From a virus: DNA of 64,000 nucleotides. Every line of letters starts with the position of its first letter. The stretch's first letter is position 1. Of the stretch, positions 1 to 9,105 are shown one piece after another. Made by a program: the position numbers and the translations under genes. Location of the stretch: the IMG/VR virus record IMGVR_UViG_3300046010_005562; one strand, 5' to 3'. The notes beneath the pieces were generated by a model. That model searched no databases, had not been told where the DNA came from, and was given only the letters and a program-made list of their open reading frames with translations.

Positions 1-573
1 AATTTCCTCGTCTGTTATATTTACATGTTTTCTAAAATTAAAATCATTATTTTCACTTTGATCACTATCCTCAACAAAGAAAGTAATATCATCTGATAAT
101 ACAACAGAATCTCTATCTGTGTATTCAAAGATTTCATCGTTTCTTACTCGTCTTTTTGCACAAATAAATGGAGCAACAAAATAAATATCTTTCTTATCTT
201 CTGGTATTTTAAGAATTTCATCAAAATAATTCTTAGAAAGAATAGTATCAGATTTAAGAAGAAGAACTCTATCCTCTGGATTATAATTAGATTTAACATA
301 CTCTTTTATTAAAGAAATATCTTCTCCTAAAGATTTAGTTTCATTAGAAGGATTTAATACTTTAATTTCGTTAAAGAATTTATTCAAATTAGAACTTGTT
401 ATAGATTCTCGTATGTTATCAGTTGATACTTCTTTTTCATTTGTATTATATATGTATAAAGCATCAAAAACTTTATCGGAATATACATCTTGCTTTACCA
501 TACCGTAAATACTACATAACACATGTTCATATGTTAAAGTCTTATGTGTTATAAACACCACTATATTTTTCAT
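1..573 (-). CDS. Partial hypothetical protein, possibly GT-A-fold glycosyltransferase-like (runs off window start)
   Basis: Not in ORF track. ATG at 573-571 overlaps the upstream stop (ATGA). Frame is open to base 1: MKNIVVFITHKTLTYEH...RVLLLKSDTILSKNYF. Lies in a glycosyltransferase cluster. Confidence 0.55.
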   Translation of the reverse strand, partial: MKNIVVFITHKTLTYEHVLCSIYGMVKQDVYSDKVFDALYIYNTNEKEVSTDNIRESITSSNLNKFFNEIKVLNPSNETKSLGEDISLIKEYVKSNYNPEDRVLLLKSDTILSKNYFDEILKIPEDKKDIYFVAPFICAKRRVRNDEIFEYTDRDSVVLSDDITFFVEDSDQSENNDFNFRKHVNITDEEI

Positions 574-1373
574 CTAGAGAACTCCTTTAAAGCTTTATGC
601 CAAGCATAAAAAACATGACATTTAAATAAATTTGTATTTTCAAAGAAACATTGTAACCATACTCCTTGTTCATCATCAGCAAATTCCATTGTTTGAAAAG
701 CATCTAACCAATTATGACATAGGGTTTGAAATTCTTTCATATTCTCTTTATTAGCCCAAAAGAAATATGCACCTATCTTTTCTGGAGCATTTAATAAAGT
801 ATACACAATGCCCTTATCATTATCATCAATAGGATTTATTAAACAAAGATTTACACGTTCTTTATCTAATTTATTTTCATCTATCACTGAATTTGGAATA
901 AATCTTTCATCAGACTTGTTGTGAAAATATCCAAAATCAACCCAACCAACATAATCATCTTCAATCAATCCAGAGTCAATTGCATAATTAACAACATCAA
1001 TTTTACTATGAGTTAAGATTGTGTAATGTGGGTTTATATTTTCTGGATAGTTATTTTCAATCCTTTTAATTAAGAGATGTTTATATTTTTGACTATTCAT
1101 AATAGCCTTTTCTTTTTCTAATCTACTCCATGCCCAAATATTTTCATAAAACCAATTTTCATTTATCGGAATTAATTTCTTTGTTTCTGGATATTTAGAT
1201 TTTAAAACTCTTTCTTTTAAGATATCATAATATCTATCATCTATGAATATAATCATCTTATATTCGTAATTAAGGAACATATCAAAAGAATTAATATATT
1301 CCATAGCCTTTCTTGGATAAGAAGACCAACTATCCCTACCAATGTCATAGAAAAATGTTACTAATGTAGTCAT
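570..1373 (-). CDS. HtrL/YibB (WlaTC)-family glycosyltransferase-like protein
   Basis: N-terminus TLVTFFYDIGRDSW..Y.R, a WVDFG motif and C-terminal DDEQ resemble HtrL_YibB. Confidence 0.7.
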   Translation of the reverse strand: MTTLVTFFYDIGRDSWSSYPRKAMEYINSFDMFLNYEYKMIIFIDDRYYDILKERVLKSKYPETKKLIPINENWFYENIWAWSRLEKEKAIMNSQKYKHLLIKRIENNYPENINPHYTILTHSKIDVVNYAIDSGLIEDDYVGWVDFGYFHNKSDERFIPNSVIDENKLDKERVNLCLINPIDDNDKGIVYTLLNAPEKIGAYFFWANKENMKEFQTLCHNWLDAFQTMEFADDEQGVWLQCFFENTNLFKCHVFYAWHKALKEFSR

Positions 1374-2743
1374 TATTTGCGATCCGCTAAAAATACATCC
1401 AAATCTTCAGGAGTACCAATACCCCACATCTTTTCAACATACTTAACTTTGAATTTCTTACCGTCAGAAATTGCTTCATTAATTACTGGACAAACATAAA
1501 ATTCATTATTTACTCTGATGTTCTTTTCTATCATTTGATTTGCATATTTGACATAATCAGAACCCTTAGACCAATAATAAACCCCAACACTAGCAATATC
1601 ACTAATAGGGTCTTTTTCTGCAACCTTTTCAATAAAACCACTTTCATCCAATTTAGCAAAACTCCATTTAGGATGAACAGCATTGAATACTAACATACCA
1701 CCATCAATATCATTATTAGAAAATGAATACATAGCTTCGTTAGAATTCCATTCTATATATTGATCTGAATTAGCAATTAAAAGTGGATTATCGTTATCGA
1801 TAAATTCTTTTGCTAATAAAGTAGTACATGCTGCTCCTTCTGTAATACCATCAATCTGAACTATCTTACAATCTGGTTTAATTAGATTAAGGAAATGATT
1901 TAGATTATATTTTTCATAATGTTCTTTTTGAACAACAAAAATATAATTAGCATCAATATTAAGATTATCTACAACAACTTGAATCATAGGCTTTCCTCTA
2001 ACATCAATAAGAGGTTTTGGGAAAGTATATCCTTTTTGTGTAAATCTTGATCCTAATCCTGCCATAGGAATTAAAATATTAAGTTTCTTATCAATCCAAG
2101 GTATTTTATCTTCATTATTCATATGCTTAATCTCTTCAATTTTATTTAAAATTTTCTTTAAAGAAAGATCATTAGGATTCTCCACTGGAAGAAGATGTGC
2201 TCCTGAATCTAAGGCTCCTTGTCTTCCAATATGTGAATCCTCAACAATAATAGTATTCTTTGGGAGGCAATTTAAAGCTGTCATACATTTCCAATACATC
2301 TCTGGAAATGGTTTGGTTCTTTTTATATCTTCATTAGATACAAAATAATCAATATATTCCATAATACCAAGATTCAATAAGCAAAGTTTTACTGTCTCTC
2401 GTATTGAATTAGACGCCACAGCTATCTTATAATTCAACTTTCTCAATTCTAAAAATATACTAATTAATTCTTTATTAGCATGAATATTCTTTAAAATCTT
2501 GAATGTTTCTTTTTGTTTATCTTCCCAAATAGAATTAAAATTTTTCTTTTCTAGACCTTTTTCTACAGATAAAAGTTCTAGCTTTTTTGTTGTATTCAAT
2601 CCATCATATTTACTTAGATGTTCATCATAACCGATTTTATACTTTTCGTCAACATTACACAAAGCTCTATTTAAAGTCTCGTAATGCCAATCTTTAGAAT
2701 CTATCAAAACTCCATCTAAATCAAATATTATTAAATTATTCAC
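1373..2743 (-). CDS. Fused HAD-family phosphatase/phosphomutase + sugar nucleotidyltransferase (BcbE-like)
   Basis: N-terminal FDLDGVL, ASNS, KPFP, VEDS HAD motifs; C-terminal IPMAGLGSRF..PKPLI..GTPEDL nucleotidyltransferase motifs. Confidence 0.85.
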   Translation of the reverse strand: MNNLIIFDLDGVLIDSKDWHYETLNRALCNVDEKYKIGYDEHLSKYDGLNTTKKLELLSVEKGLEKKNFNSIWEDKQKETFKILKNIHANKELISIFLELRKLNYKIAVASNSIRETVKLCLLNLGIMEYIDYFVSNEDIKRTKPFPEMYWKCMTALNCLPKNTIIVEDSHIGRQGALDSGAHLLPVENPNDLSLKKILNKIEEIKHMNNEDKIPWIDKKLNILIPMAGLGSRFTQKGYTFPKPLIDVRGKPMIQVVVDNLNIDANYIFVVQKEHYEKYNLNHFLNLIKPDCKIVQIDGITEGAACTTLLAKEFIDNDNPLLIANSDQYIEWNSNEAMYSFSNNDIDGGMLVFNAVHPKWSFAKLDESGFIEKVAEKDPISDIASVGVYYWSKGSDYVKYANQMIEKNIRVNNEFYVCPVINEAISDGKKFKVKYVEKMWGIGTPEDLDVFLADRK

Positions 2744-3494
2744 TAATTAACTCCTTCAAATCTAATCTAGAATTTTGACTTTTATCTAAAAATCTACTAT
2801 GTTCTGGTTGAAAACTTTCAAAAACCCCAATCTGCGATCCTTGAGTTACTATTGGAGGTTCTAACCAATAGACATTAGATTTCATAACTCTAAACCAAAA
2901 AGAATATTCATGATCAATTGGGAATGCCATTCTATAATGATCTAAAGTTGGTAGCAATGCATTTAAGAAATTTCTACTGAAAATAATAGAATCTGTGTTC
3001 CTATCAGCAGGGTATTCTTTTTTATACCATGAAACTCCATCTTCTAAATTTTCTATCCTTTTATTACACCCTTGACCAATAAAAGCAGCATCAAAATCTT
3101 CTGGAAGAGTTTTTAAATATTCATCTAACTTAGTAAAGAATCCTTCATGAAGTATAGCATCATCTTCCAAAAATAAACAAAAAGTATCTTGACTTTCTTT
3201 TACAAACATTTCAATTGCTGTTTTGTGTTTCAAGCAAAGTGAAATTACTTCTGGTTGTAGTGGATATCTTGGGAAATATTCCGTTGGCTGTCTCTGTTGA
3301 TGAGTTAAATGATTTGCAGAAAAATTCATATAATAATCATTATAAGAAACATGATCTCTATCGTACTTAGTAATCCAAAATACTTGTCCTTGAAATCCAG
3401 AAGATGATATTTCTTTGTTCAATATTTTTTCAAGTAACTTTTTTCTATCAATATGTTTAGAATAATGCATAATATAGATAGGATATTTAATCAT
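2736..3494 (-). CDS. Glycosyltransferase, GT25-like
   Basis: IYIMH...R, SLCLKH, LFLEDDA, PID motifs. Confidence 0.65.
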   Translation of the reverse strand: MIKYPIYIMHYSKHIDRKKLLEKILNKEISSSGFQGQVFWITKYDRDHVSYNDYYMNFSANHLTHQQRQPTEYFPRYPLQPEVISLCLKHKTAIEMFVKESQDTFCLFLEDDAILHEGFFTKLDEYLKTLPEDFDAAFIGQGCNKRIENLEDGVSWYKKEYPADRNTDSIIFSRNFLNALLPTLDHYRMAFPIDHEYSFWFRVMKSNVYWLEPPIVTQGSQIGVFESFQPEHSRFLDKSQNSRLDLKELISE

Positions 3495-4464
3495 CTAAAA
3501 ACACCTCCTTAAATTTCTTCATAACATGGTTTGGTGAAAATTGTTCAACTATATTCTCATAGTGAACATTATACATATTGTGTTTTAATTTAAAAATATT
3601 CTCAATCAATTCATATGGAGTGTTATATAACAAATCATAATCTTTTAACAAATCTACATGATGTTTATCTCTACCACCACTAAAAGAAATTACTGGTCTA
3701 TTAAAATATAGAAATTCACATACAGATAATCCAAAAGATTCTCCATCTGATCTAGCATGAATCATAGCATCACAAGCAAATATAAAATCTGTTTTATCTT
3801 GTGGATTTATAATAGGATCAAGGAATATAACATTTGGATGATCTATAAACTTTCTTGTATTAACAAAAAGAAATACAAAAGAAGGATCATTTTCAACAAA
3901 AAAGTTAACCACCTGATGTGCAAAAGGAATATCAAATTGATCTAATCCACCATACCTTCCAAGTACAATTTTATCAGAAGAAATTTTCAATTCATTTCTA
4001 AGATTTTTAACACTCACTGCTGGGAGAGATACTATGTGTGGAACGTAATCACAAGAGCCTTTACTAGCCTCGTCAGCCAACCATTTTGACACATACGCAT
4101 ATTTGTGTCCATGTGGATTGTAGTGATTAAAAACGCAATGGATCAGATTCTTCTTTTCCTCTAAATAATTCTGATCAACAAAACCAGATTTCAAGAAATA
4201 TATATGATCACAATCTCTATCATCCAATTCTTTTTTTAATGTATTCTTATTATCATATTCAATAACATCATATTTAGATTTGAACATATCAGAAATCTCA
4301 AATCTCTTGGAGAAATTCTGATCTCTATTATCAGAAAGAAGAGTCTTATCGTAACAGATAATACTTTCATTTTTTAGAAGTTCTTCATTATATTTTGCAT
4401 AATCAAGAACTGCTGTAGTGGTTCCTCTTAAACTAAGATTGTCAAGATGGAAAGCTATCTTCAT
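3487..4464 (-). CDS. Glycosyltransferase, GT-B/GT4-like
   Basis: RGTTTAVLDYA N-terminus; DAMIHARSDGESFGLSVCE (E-x7-E) motif. Confidence 0.75.
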   Translation of the reverse strand: MKIAFHLDNLSLRGTTTAVLDYAKYNEELLKNESIICYDKTLLSDNRDQNFSKRFEISDMFKSKYDVIEYDNKNTLKKELDDRDCDHIYFLKSGFVDQNYLEEKKNLIHCVFNHYNPHGHKYAYVSKWLADEASKGSCDYVPHIVSLPAVSVKNLRNELKISSDKIVLGRYGGLDQFDIPFAHQVVNFFVENDPSFVFLFVNTRKFIDHPNVIFLDPIINPQDKTDFIFACDAMIHARSDGESFGLSVCEFLYFNRPVISFSGGRDKHHVDLLKDYDLLYNTPYELIENIFKLKHNMYNVHYENIVEQFSPNHVMKKFKEVFLDD

Positions 4465-5399
4465 TTAAATACCTCATCAAATTTTTCATAGAAAAAGTCT
4501 AAACTAGGAAATTTATCTTCTGTAAACAATGGCTCGTTGCATTTAGAAATAAAATATTCCTTATCAGAATTTAATTTTTTAATTTCTTTTATATAATCTG
4601 TATTATTGGAATAATCTAATCTATTCAGAAAGCTGTTTTTATTAAAATCTTTTTGGGAATATATAGGATCTCCATAATATAGAGGAATACATCCAGCAAA
4701 TTTAGCATCAAAAAGTTTTTCGCTTACATAACCTTCATGTACTGAATTTTCATAACATAAATTAAATTTGAAATTTGTCAAAAGGTCTATTTTATTACCT
4801 TCAAATCTTTTTCCAAAAGCAAGTCCCATACCAAAGACAGGTTCTATATTTTTAGATACTTCATTAAATATTTCAGATCTAACCTTAACTGAAGATTCTT
4901 CACAATTACCAACAAGCATAGAACAAAATTTATTTCTATTCCAAACAGATCCAGAAGTATATATGTTAGTTTTTATATTGTTTATTGTTGGAACCCATTC
5001 ATCTTTCAAAGTATTTTTTCCAATATAATGATGGGATTGACCACAAACTACAGTAACTTCATCACCACTATTTTCATTCCACCAATCAATCCACATATAC
5101 CAAAGAGGAAATCTAATATTCTTTCCTTCAGTAGGCATATATGTAAGAGATAAATCAGAATATTGAATTCTTTCCTTTGCAATATCTAAATAAAATCTAG
5201 TCTCCCATAAACAAAATATCTTAAATTTTGCTTTAGTTGTTTTGTAATAATCATCATTACCAAATACAGAATGTATAAAGATATCGCAATTAATAGGATC
5301 AGAGGTCAATTCTACATCATTATTAAAATATTTCTTCAATAATTTATATACAAAAAACTGCTCGGTATTACACCAATTATTTGAAATATGAATTTTCAT
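4461..5399 (-). CDS. GT10 family alpha-1,3-fucosyltransferase-like
   Basis: FKFNLCYENS..GYVSEKLFDA..AGCIPLYYG matches the GT10 signature. Confidence 0.85.
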   Translation of the reverse strand: MKIHISNNWCNTEQFFVYKLLKKYFNNDVELTSDPINCDIFIHSVFGNDDYYKTTKAKFKIFCLWETRFYLDIAKERIQYSDLSLTYMPTEGKNIRFPLWYMWIDWWNENSGDEVTVVCGQSHHYIGKNTLKDEWVPTINNIKTNIYTSGSVWNRNKFCSMLVGNCEESSVKVRSEIFNEVSKNIEPVFGMGLAFGKRFEGNKIDLLTNFKFNLCYENSVHEGYVSEKLFDAKFAGCIPLYYGDPIYSQKDFNKNSFLNRLDYSNNTDYIKEIKKLNSDKEYFISKCNEPLFTEDKFPSLDFFYEKFDEVFK

Positions 5400-6133
5400 T
5401 AATTACTCCAAGGAAGATTTCCATTATATCTTTGCAACATTATCTGATTACCTTGCATAAAAAATTCTTTTTTAACTGAAATGTCGGTATTACCCGCTCT
5501 ATAATTTACAGTATATTTTTTAGAAGAATTAGCTTGGAGATTATTGTCTCTCAAAAGATATGTCAACATCCTGTCAACTTCTGGAACATTTGGCTCTCTA
5601 GCTTTTCTATACCAAATCATAGAACTATTAAGAGCTACTTCTTTTGAAAAGAAAAAACAATTAACATCAACAAAATAATCAGATTCATTTAGAACTGAAG
5701 GATAATTTCCAAGAGATTCGCAATCATCATTACAAACAAAAGTACCATCAGAATCTACTATCTTTCTCATAGCAAAAGCCCATTTATTATTTCCAATGGA
5801 ATTTACCAATGATTCAACATGATCTTCATCAATCCAATTGTCTTCATCAAGAAAACAAATATAATCTCCTTTACAAAGATAGATAGAAGCACCATATATT
5901 CTATGCCCATTATATCTATCAGTTCCTGTTGCATATGGTAGAGGAATGATATCAATATTATTTAACGGAGTAATGGATTTTACAATATCAGAAACTTTAT
6001 CTAGATGATCTCTACCATCAATAACTACTAAATGTTGGATATTTTTGTAAGTTTGATTTTGAACTGACTTTATATTATCTTTTAGATATTTCGTTCCGGT
6101 GGTTGGTGTGATTATTGTCACTAAACTATTCAT
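5399..6133 (-). CDS. Glycosyltransferase family 2
   Basis: VTIITPT, SVQNQTY, VVIDG, ICFLDED motifs. Confidence 0.85.
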   Translation of the reverse strand: MNSLVTIITPTTGTKYLKDNIKSVQNQTYKNIQHLVVIDGRDHLDKVSDIVKSITPLNNIDIIPLPYATGTDRYNGHRIYGASIYLCKGDYICFLDEDNWIDEDHVESLVNSIGNNKWAFAMRKIVDSDGTFVCNDDCESLGNYPSVLNESDYFVDVNCFFFSKEVALNSSMIWYRKAREPNVPEVDRMLTYLLRDNNLQANSSKKYTVNYRAGNTDISVKKEFFMQGNQIMLQRYNGNLPWSN

Positions 6134-6141
6134 AATAACCT

Positions 6142-7542
6142 CTATATTTTAAATCCACTAAAGGATTTCTTTTCAAATTTATCTTTAGGATTCCATGCAA
6201 AATTTTCAGAATCTGGAGTAGAAGATTGTCCACTATCTGATATATTAGATTGAGCACTATTCTCAACATTATATAATTTCATCTTAGCTCTATCTATCCC
6301 TATCATAAACCTTTTATTAGTGGTTGGATCGGAATATCTATTTTTAATCTGCTTAACCATTATCTGATTGATCTGCTCAAATTCCTCAGTATTTATTAGA
6401 GCAAAAATCATATCAGCAGTAGCAACAGTACCAAAACTTTCAGAAACATCTTCCATAGAAGGATCTGAATTAGTAGCACCAGATCTAGTCATCTGAGTAG
6501 CAGTCATAATTGGAACATTAAACTCAACTGCCAATCCACGAATTTCTTCAGCTATACTTTTTACATATGAATAAGAATTTACATTAGATCCTGTTTTAAC
6601 TCTTGATGATGTACAAATATTCATATAATCAACATATATGATATCTGGCTTGAAATTCTTTTTCAAATTAAGTTCATTCAATAATGTTCTGAAATGAACA
6701 ACACTTGCAGAAGCAGTAGGATATTCCTTGATAATTAAATTACCAATAGTTTTATCTCTCAACTGTCTAAATTTCTTTTCGTATTGTTCTTTCGTTAGTG
6801 TTACTATATCATCCAATCTTACATTTAGAATATTAGCATCGATTCTTTCTGCTATTCTTTCCTCTGCCATTTCCAAAGTAATGTATAAAACATTTTTACC
6901 CTGCATTAAACAATTTGATGCTGAATGACACATGAAAAGAGATTTACCACTACCAGGACCAGCTAGAATAATAGTAATACTCTTCTTAGGCAGACCTCCC
7001 TTTGTTATTTTATTGAAAAAATCTAAATCAAAGGGAATCTTCTCTTCTTTCTTATGATAAAAATCATATCTGCTATTATAATCATCTATATAATCATGAC
7101 CAACACTTTGATCAAAAGAAACAGCTAACGCATCAGACAATAATTTAGGAATTGCTCCTTTATCAACATCTTTCTTCTTATTATCAAGGATCTGAATAGA
7201 TTCAGCAACCGCATTATATACTGCTTTTTCCTTACAAAAATTTTCAGTTTTATCAATCAACCAATCTAGATTACTATTATCTATTTCAAGATCTTTAATA
7301 TCATCTAAAAGTTGTATAGATGCTTTATATTCTTCATCAGTAATCTTCTTATCATTTACATTTATAATTAAAGCTTCATATGTAGGATTTGAATTATATT
7401 TAGAAATGAACTCTTGAACTTCATTGAATAGTAAAATAGTTTCTCTTGAAGAGAAATACTCTGATTTTATAAAAGGTAAAACTTTTCTAGAATACTCCTC
7501 ATTTACTATTAGACTCTTCAATATCAACTGTTCCAAATTCAT
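6142..7542 (-). CDS. 41: T4 gp41-like replicative DNA helicase
   Basis: Walker A AGPGSGKS, YITLEMAEE, IYVDY, SESFG, KNRY. Start set at ATG 7542 behind AGGAG. Confidence 0.95.
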   Translation of the reverse strand: MNLEQLILKSLIVNEEYSRKVLPFIKSEYFSSRETILLFNEVQEFISKYNSNPTYEALIINVNDKKITDEEYKASIQLLDDIKDLEIDNSNLDWLIDKTENFCKEKAVYNAVAESIQILDNKKKDVDKGAIPKLLSDALAVSFDQSVGHDYIDDYNSRYDFYHKKEEKIPFDLDFFNKITKGGLPKKSITIILAGPGSGKSLFMCHSASNCLMQGKNVLYITLEMAEERIAERIDANILNVRLDDIVTLTKEQYEKKFRQLRDKTIGNLIIKEYPTASASVVHFRTLLNELNLKKNFKPDIIYVDYMNICTSSRVKTGSNVNSYSYVKSIAEEIRGLAVEFNVPIMTATQMTRSGATNSDPSMEDVSESFGTVATADMIFALINTEEFEQINQIMVKQIKNRYSDPTTNKRFMIGIDRAKMKLYNVENSAQSNISDSGQSSTPDSENFAWNPKDKFEKKSFSGFKI

Positions 7543-7825
7543 GAATTTTTTTCTCCTGTTCAAGTTTCTTAATCAATATTGAGGATAAAATATCACCAAT
7601 ATATTGTTTGAAATCTTCATCATCTTCTAAGATAGTTTTATCTAAATCACTATCAAGAATCTCGTAATTAAAACTTAGGTATGCTTGTCCATCCGTTTCA
7701 TCAAAATTAACATTACCATACATATAAATTGTGTTTTCATATTCACCATCAAGTATCTTTATTGATGCATATTCATTATCATATGGAACAAAAGAATAGT
7801 CAACTCCTTCTTCATATATATTCAT
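7499..7825 (-). CDS. Conserved acidic hypothetical protein in the gp40 position (between uvsX and 41)
   Basis: Synteny; TAATG coupling to the upstream ORF. Confidence 0.6.
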   Translation of the reverse strand: MNIYEEGVDYSFVPYDNEYASIKILDGEYENTIYMYGNVNFDETDGQAYLSFNYEILDSDLDKTILEDDEDFKQYIGDILSSILIKKLEQEKKIHEFGTVDIEESNSK

Positions 7826-8373
7826 TATTCATCTCCTTCATCTGATGATTCAATATGAACAATTTCAGAATCATCTTTAATTATTGAACCTGAAGATATT
7901 GCATATTTTTCATATACTGCATTCTTAAAAGATACAGAATTCAAAATAGAATCCCAAAAATCTTTATTCATAGTATCCTTTAATCTATATAACTTATCTT
8001 CAACTTCTCCACTATCAACATTAATTTTTGAATACCAACCAACTTTAGGTTTTGTACAGAAACCCAAATCAAGAGCAATATCCATCAAACCAGACCATCT
8101 TGAAATACCGTTTTCAAAAGAAATATTAACTGGAATCTTGGACTTTTCCTTAACATATCTAGACTTTTCTACGTTAATAATAAAGTTATATCCACTAATT
8201 TCAGTTCCATCTTTTTCTTGCTGTCTTCCAAGAATGTAGATATTATCTGCTGAATAATAAGAACCAGTGTTATGTGTTACTACACCATTCTTTAAAATAT
8301 AGTGTTCAGCATCTTTAACTGACAAATCAAACACTTTTTGTTTTCCTACAGGTTTAATTGATTTAATTTTCAT
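7825..8373 (-). CDS. uvsX: Split intein C-fragment (35 aa) fused to UvsX C-terminal extein (147 aa)
   Basis: MKIKSIKPVGKQKVFDLSV..HYILKNGVVTHN (blocks F/G, terminal HN) followed by TGSYYSADNIYILGRQQEKDG, the UvsX continuation. Confidence 0.93.
   Translation of the reverse strand: MKIKSIKPVGKQKVFDLSVKDAEHYILKNGVVTHNTGSYYSADNIYILGRQQEKDGTEISGYNFIINVEKSRYVKEKSKIPVNISFENGISRWSGLMDIALDLGFCTKPKVGWYSKINVDSGEVEDKLYRLKDTMNKDFWDSILNSVSFKNAVYEKYAISSGSIIKDDSEIVHIESSDEGDE
8269..8373 (-). other. Split intein IntC
   Basis: VFDLSV block F, THN block G, +1 Thr at 8266-8268. Confidence 0.93.
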
Positions 8374-9068
8374 AATTTTGGTTTCCTTTTACAATTTTCA
8401 TTATGCCACCTAGTTAGATTAGATGGTGTAGTAATAATTTCACAATATTCACATTTATATTTTATCTCTGGGGATAATTTTCTAGGATTAACCCATGCAT
8501 AGTCATCACATCTAGAATCATCAAAAGGTACTCTAACTATCTCTTTTGTATATATATTTTGAAGCATAACAAGACCTTTTCTACCTATTTTAGACTTATG
8601 TTCAGTAGTCTTTTTTCTTTTCGCTACAGAGTTAACCCATTCTTTAATCTGTTCTGGTGTTTTATAACATTTTCCAGAATGAATTTTAGAAAGTTTTATC
8701 TTCGTTTCCTCTGTATGATTCTTGCCAAAAAAATTGTTACCTGAACCAGAATATTCTTCTGATAAAATACGATTTCTTTCTTTTTTACAATATTCAAAAA
8801 GATGAGAATTTATAGATCTTTCTTTCTGACCAATTCCAATTACACTCATACAATGCCATGCATGAGCAAGTTCTTTAGTTTTATAAATTTTGTATAATAA
8901 CCAATGAGCTAGATAATGTTGTCTAGCAGTTAATTCTACTAAATTATTAAGACTATCATCCCCAAACATACACTTTGGTATAATATGATGTGTTTCTTTA
9001 TATAAGTCCGATTTTGGATTGTCTTTTGCATCTTGTATAAGATTGTTATAAATTTTAGAATAGTTCAT
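8370..9068 (-). mobile_element. Free-standing HNH homing endonuclease (T4 MobE-like) with NUMOD3-type DNA-binding region
   Basis: MNYSKIYNNLI...YKETHHIIPKC..NLVELTARQHYLAH; FFGKNHTEETKIKLS; C-terminal CxxC...HxxxC. Confidence 0.9.
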
Positions 9069-9099
9069 AGTTACCTCCTATAAACTATTTATAAAATTC
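9051..9099 (-). promoter_or_regulatory. Late promoter TATAAATA (9086-9093) embedded in an RBS/AUG-sequestering hairpin
   Basis: mRNA GAAUUUUA-UA-AAUAGUUUAUAG-GAGGUAA-CUAUGAACUAUU-C-UAAAAUUU. Confidence 0.8.
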
Positions 9100-9105
9100 T
9101 GAATC

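Noticed and set aside
8370-9105. Group I intron around the HNH gene
   Set aside because: Only 37 nt separate the uvsX-N stop from the HNH start, and the other end is an ATGA overlap. There is no room for a ribozyme core, and intein motifs explain the split.
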